Source of the DNA: Anthoceros angustus
Taxonomy: Eukaryota; Plantae; Anthocerotophyta
NCBI GenBank assembly: GCA_010909165.1
Contig: MU008215.1
Span: 1 to 64,000 of the forward strand
Direction: 5' to 3'
DNA length: 64,000 bases
Shown one piece after another: positions 61,542 through 64,000 of the stretch. The notes below the pieces were generated by a model that did not search any database, was not told where the DNA came from, and was given only the letters and a program-made list of their open reading frames with translations. Positions within the stretch are counted from its first letter, which is position 1. Each line of letters begins with the position of its first letter. Position numbers and translations under genes: made by a program.

Positions 61542-64000
61542 TTATTGGTAATATTTCTTGACCCGCCAACCGTTGGCGTTGGCAAGGTGAGCCACTAAAA
61601 TCTTGGAGTTGAATTGATCCGTTGTCGAAAACTTACGAAACTACGAAGGGCCCCATCCATCGAGATGTAATTTACGGAAAGTGCATGTATCGGTTATCGT
61701 ATAGTAAAGCGGATCCCGGGAACAACGTATTCTTGACGCTTCAATCTCTTGTCGTGCCACTCCTTCCTCCTGTCTTGGACATCCCGCATAACTTGGAGGC
61801 TTGTTCTCTCCTCCGTGTGTCGTCTGAAACCCACCAACCTTTCCAATGACTTTCCTCCACGGCATTCGACTTGGTTCCTGTATTCTCGGTGGGAACTTGA
61901 ATTCTATTGGCATGATGAATGCCGTAAGTAAGACTGGGGTTTCTTTGCGTTGTCACTTTTTGCGGTCCGATGCGATCTTGAATCATTTCATATCGATCAT
62001 ACGCATCGGTGAGTTTGGTTAGGATCTTGCACAACAAGCCATTTGCCTTTTCCGTCATTGGCTTTTGGGTTATAAGGCGTGGACTTCACAGTAGGCGCGT
62101 TGAAGTGGTTGGTCATGTTGGAATTACGATTGTGAAATGTGTTCCTCATCGCCCCGGCTCCAGTGAGCGGTGATGATTTGCTCGAGCAGAATCGCTCGAC
62201 GGCGCCGAATCTGGCGTGCTTCTACCATCCGCGTCGATGTCTGGCCACGGGATGTATTGGTTTTGGCGAGCCTTGGTTTTGTGGATAGGACCGACAAAAT
62301 CGATTCCCCATTTCTCGAATGGTGCGGTGCAAGTATGGGGACAAGGGGCCATTGGGTTGTTCTTTGTTGGCTTGCCGACCCTTTGGCGCGTCCGCGGCGC
62401 TTCACGAACTCCGGCATCCTTGTACATTGTAGGCCACCAATAGACCTCAAAATTTTCACGCATGTGACATGCGGCATAATGACCTCCGCCTCTTCTTCGT
62501 GTAAAGAGCTCGGGACTCGCTCACACGCTTGCCGCTTAGCTCCACTGCCGTCCGGGGCCGACGGTATAAATTCATATTGTGCCGTGTGAGATAGTGCGGA
62601 GTAGTGGACAAACGCTTTGAATCTGTCTTGGAAAGTGGAGGAATTTGGCCGTGCCAAGATAATCGTATATCTCTCGATATGTTGGTCTTAAGCCACCCTC
62701 CCTTCTCAATCGATCTTGGCTCCCCTCCTTCGAGGGGCTTCCTTTGGTTGGTTTGCAACTCCTGAGCAGTGTCTCATCGGGAAAGTCGTCTTCTGGTCCT
62801 TTCCACCTTCCTGTTTTCAATCGAGATATGAAGTCGGCATTGATATGCTTCCTACCTCTCTCGTTTCCCTTTGTGAAGGTAAACTCACAGCGGCAAGATC
62901 CGGCGTCTATCGTCCGAAAGGTCGGGTTTATTCACAAGGTGTTTCAAGGCAAAGTGGTCAACATGGAACACAAATTCATACGAGAGGAGGTAGTGTCTCG
63001 AATTTCGACCGAGTAAACCATTCCCGATGCTTGCGCTCCGTGGTGGTATACTTTCGCTCCGTCCGTTAGTTGTCTCGGCATAGTAGATCGGAAAATCCTT
63101 CTTCTTCTCATCCGCTGCTGGGGTACCCAATTGCAAATCTTTGAAACATCAGCAGCGTGGAACTTCTTACTCGATCCGGTCCTTTTAGCGTGGGGCTGTA
63201 GCGGTGTGGTGCGTAAGTCACGAAATGCTTCCTCCGTTCGTCGTCCACTCCCACTCCCGATCCTTCCTTAACAAGCTCGTTAGTGGGCGGCCGCTTGGCG
63301 AAATTTGGAGCAAGCGTCTATAATATCGACCATCCCGGGAACCGCGGAGTTCCTTTAGCGTTATTGGTGCTCTAAGGGTGGCGATGACCTTTACCTTGTC
63401 CGGATCTACTTCTATACCTCGGCTTGAAATTCGATGCTAGCGAATTCCTCGACATGCAGTAGCACTTTTACGGATGCGAGCATAATTGCGTTGCTCGGCG
63501 CTCGAGCACTTCCGGAGGTGCGACAGATGGTCCTTGACAGCCCCGAATACGCAGAAGTCGTCCAGGAAAACTTCCATAAAGTCGCGAAGGAAGTCCTTGA
63601 AAATTTTGACGATGGCTCGCATGAAGGACCCAGGTGCTCCCGTCAACCCAAATGCGCTGCGCTTGTAAGCATATGTCCCCCAGTCGGTTGTAAAAGCGGT
63701 CAGAGGCCAATCGCTCTCCCTAAGGTGCAGCTGATTATACCCAGAGTACCCGTCTAGGAATGAATACGCCATTCTGCCTGCGACCAGATCCAGGATATTA
63801 TCGATGAAGGGTAACGGAAAGTGATCCTTCTTGGTGACCTTATTCAACCTTCTCCGATCGACAAACTCGGATTTTGCTGGCCTCTTAGGTACTACCACTA
63901 TTGGAGCCACCCATTCGGTATTGACTATAGGATAGATCACGTCGCCTTGAGGTACATCTCCAAGCGATCCTTTACCTTGAGGAGTACTTGGATTTAACTT
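61542..64000 (-). CDS. Family B pol (RT, RNase H, integrase), frameshifted, truncated by the window edge
   Basis: RT, RH (YEFVFHVDHFALKHLVNKPDLS) and INT (KANGLLCKIL, FRKLHL) motifs. Confidence 0.9.

Larger units (their letters stand above)
57801..64000 (-). mobile_element. Family B Athila-like gypsy element: pol (RT-RH-INT), PPT and complete 3' LTR; 5' part lies outside the window
   Basis: IYPIVNTEWVAPIVVVPK..KDHFPLPFIDNILDLVAGRMAYSFLDGYSGYNQ..FMEVFLDDF (63437-63940); PFEKWGIDFVGP; pol stop at 61542. Confidence 0.92.

Overview
Plant (streptophyte, probably non-flowering) nuclear DNA from a noisy, indel-rich assembly, joined at its left end (1-~830) to an AT-rich Bacteroidota-type surface-protein gene fragment. 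Most of the window is a retrotransposon island. It holds two near-complete Athila-like (non-chromovirus Ty3/gypsy) elements on + (A1 4727-22971, A2 23312-43851), a sister family B (partial LTR 831-3041 on +; pol plus complete 3' LTR 57801-64000 on -), a degraded copia gag-protease, a CACTA remnant and an older LTR-like family C. The most striking feature is that the LTRs are about 3.7-4 kb long, start right after the pol stop codon and PPT, and each carries a roughly 2.3 kb protein gene. That gene is conserved at the amino-acid level across families and is preceded by its own conserved promoter-like motifs. The unique region (46-50 kb) contains a 7-exon mitochondrial CoA carrier gene (-) head-to-head with a cluster of four box C/D snoRNAs (+), including U18 and a candidate dual 18S/U6 guide. 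Many tandem duplications inside A1 and A2, with short microhomology junctions, are probably assembly artefacts. All protein reconstructions were done by eye across frameshifts; no database searches were run.
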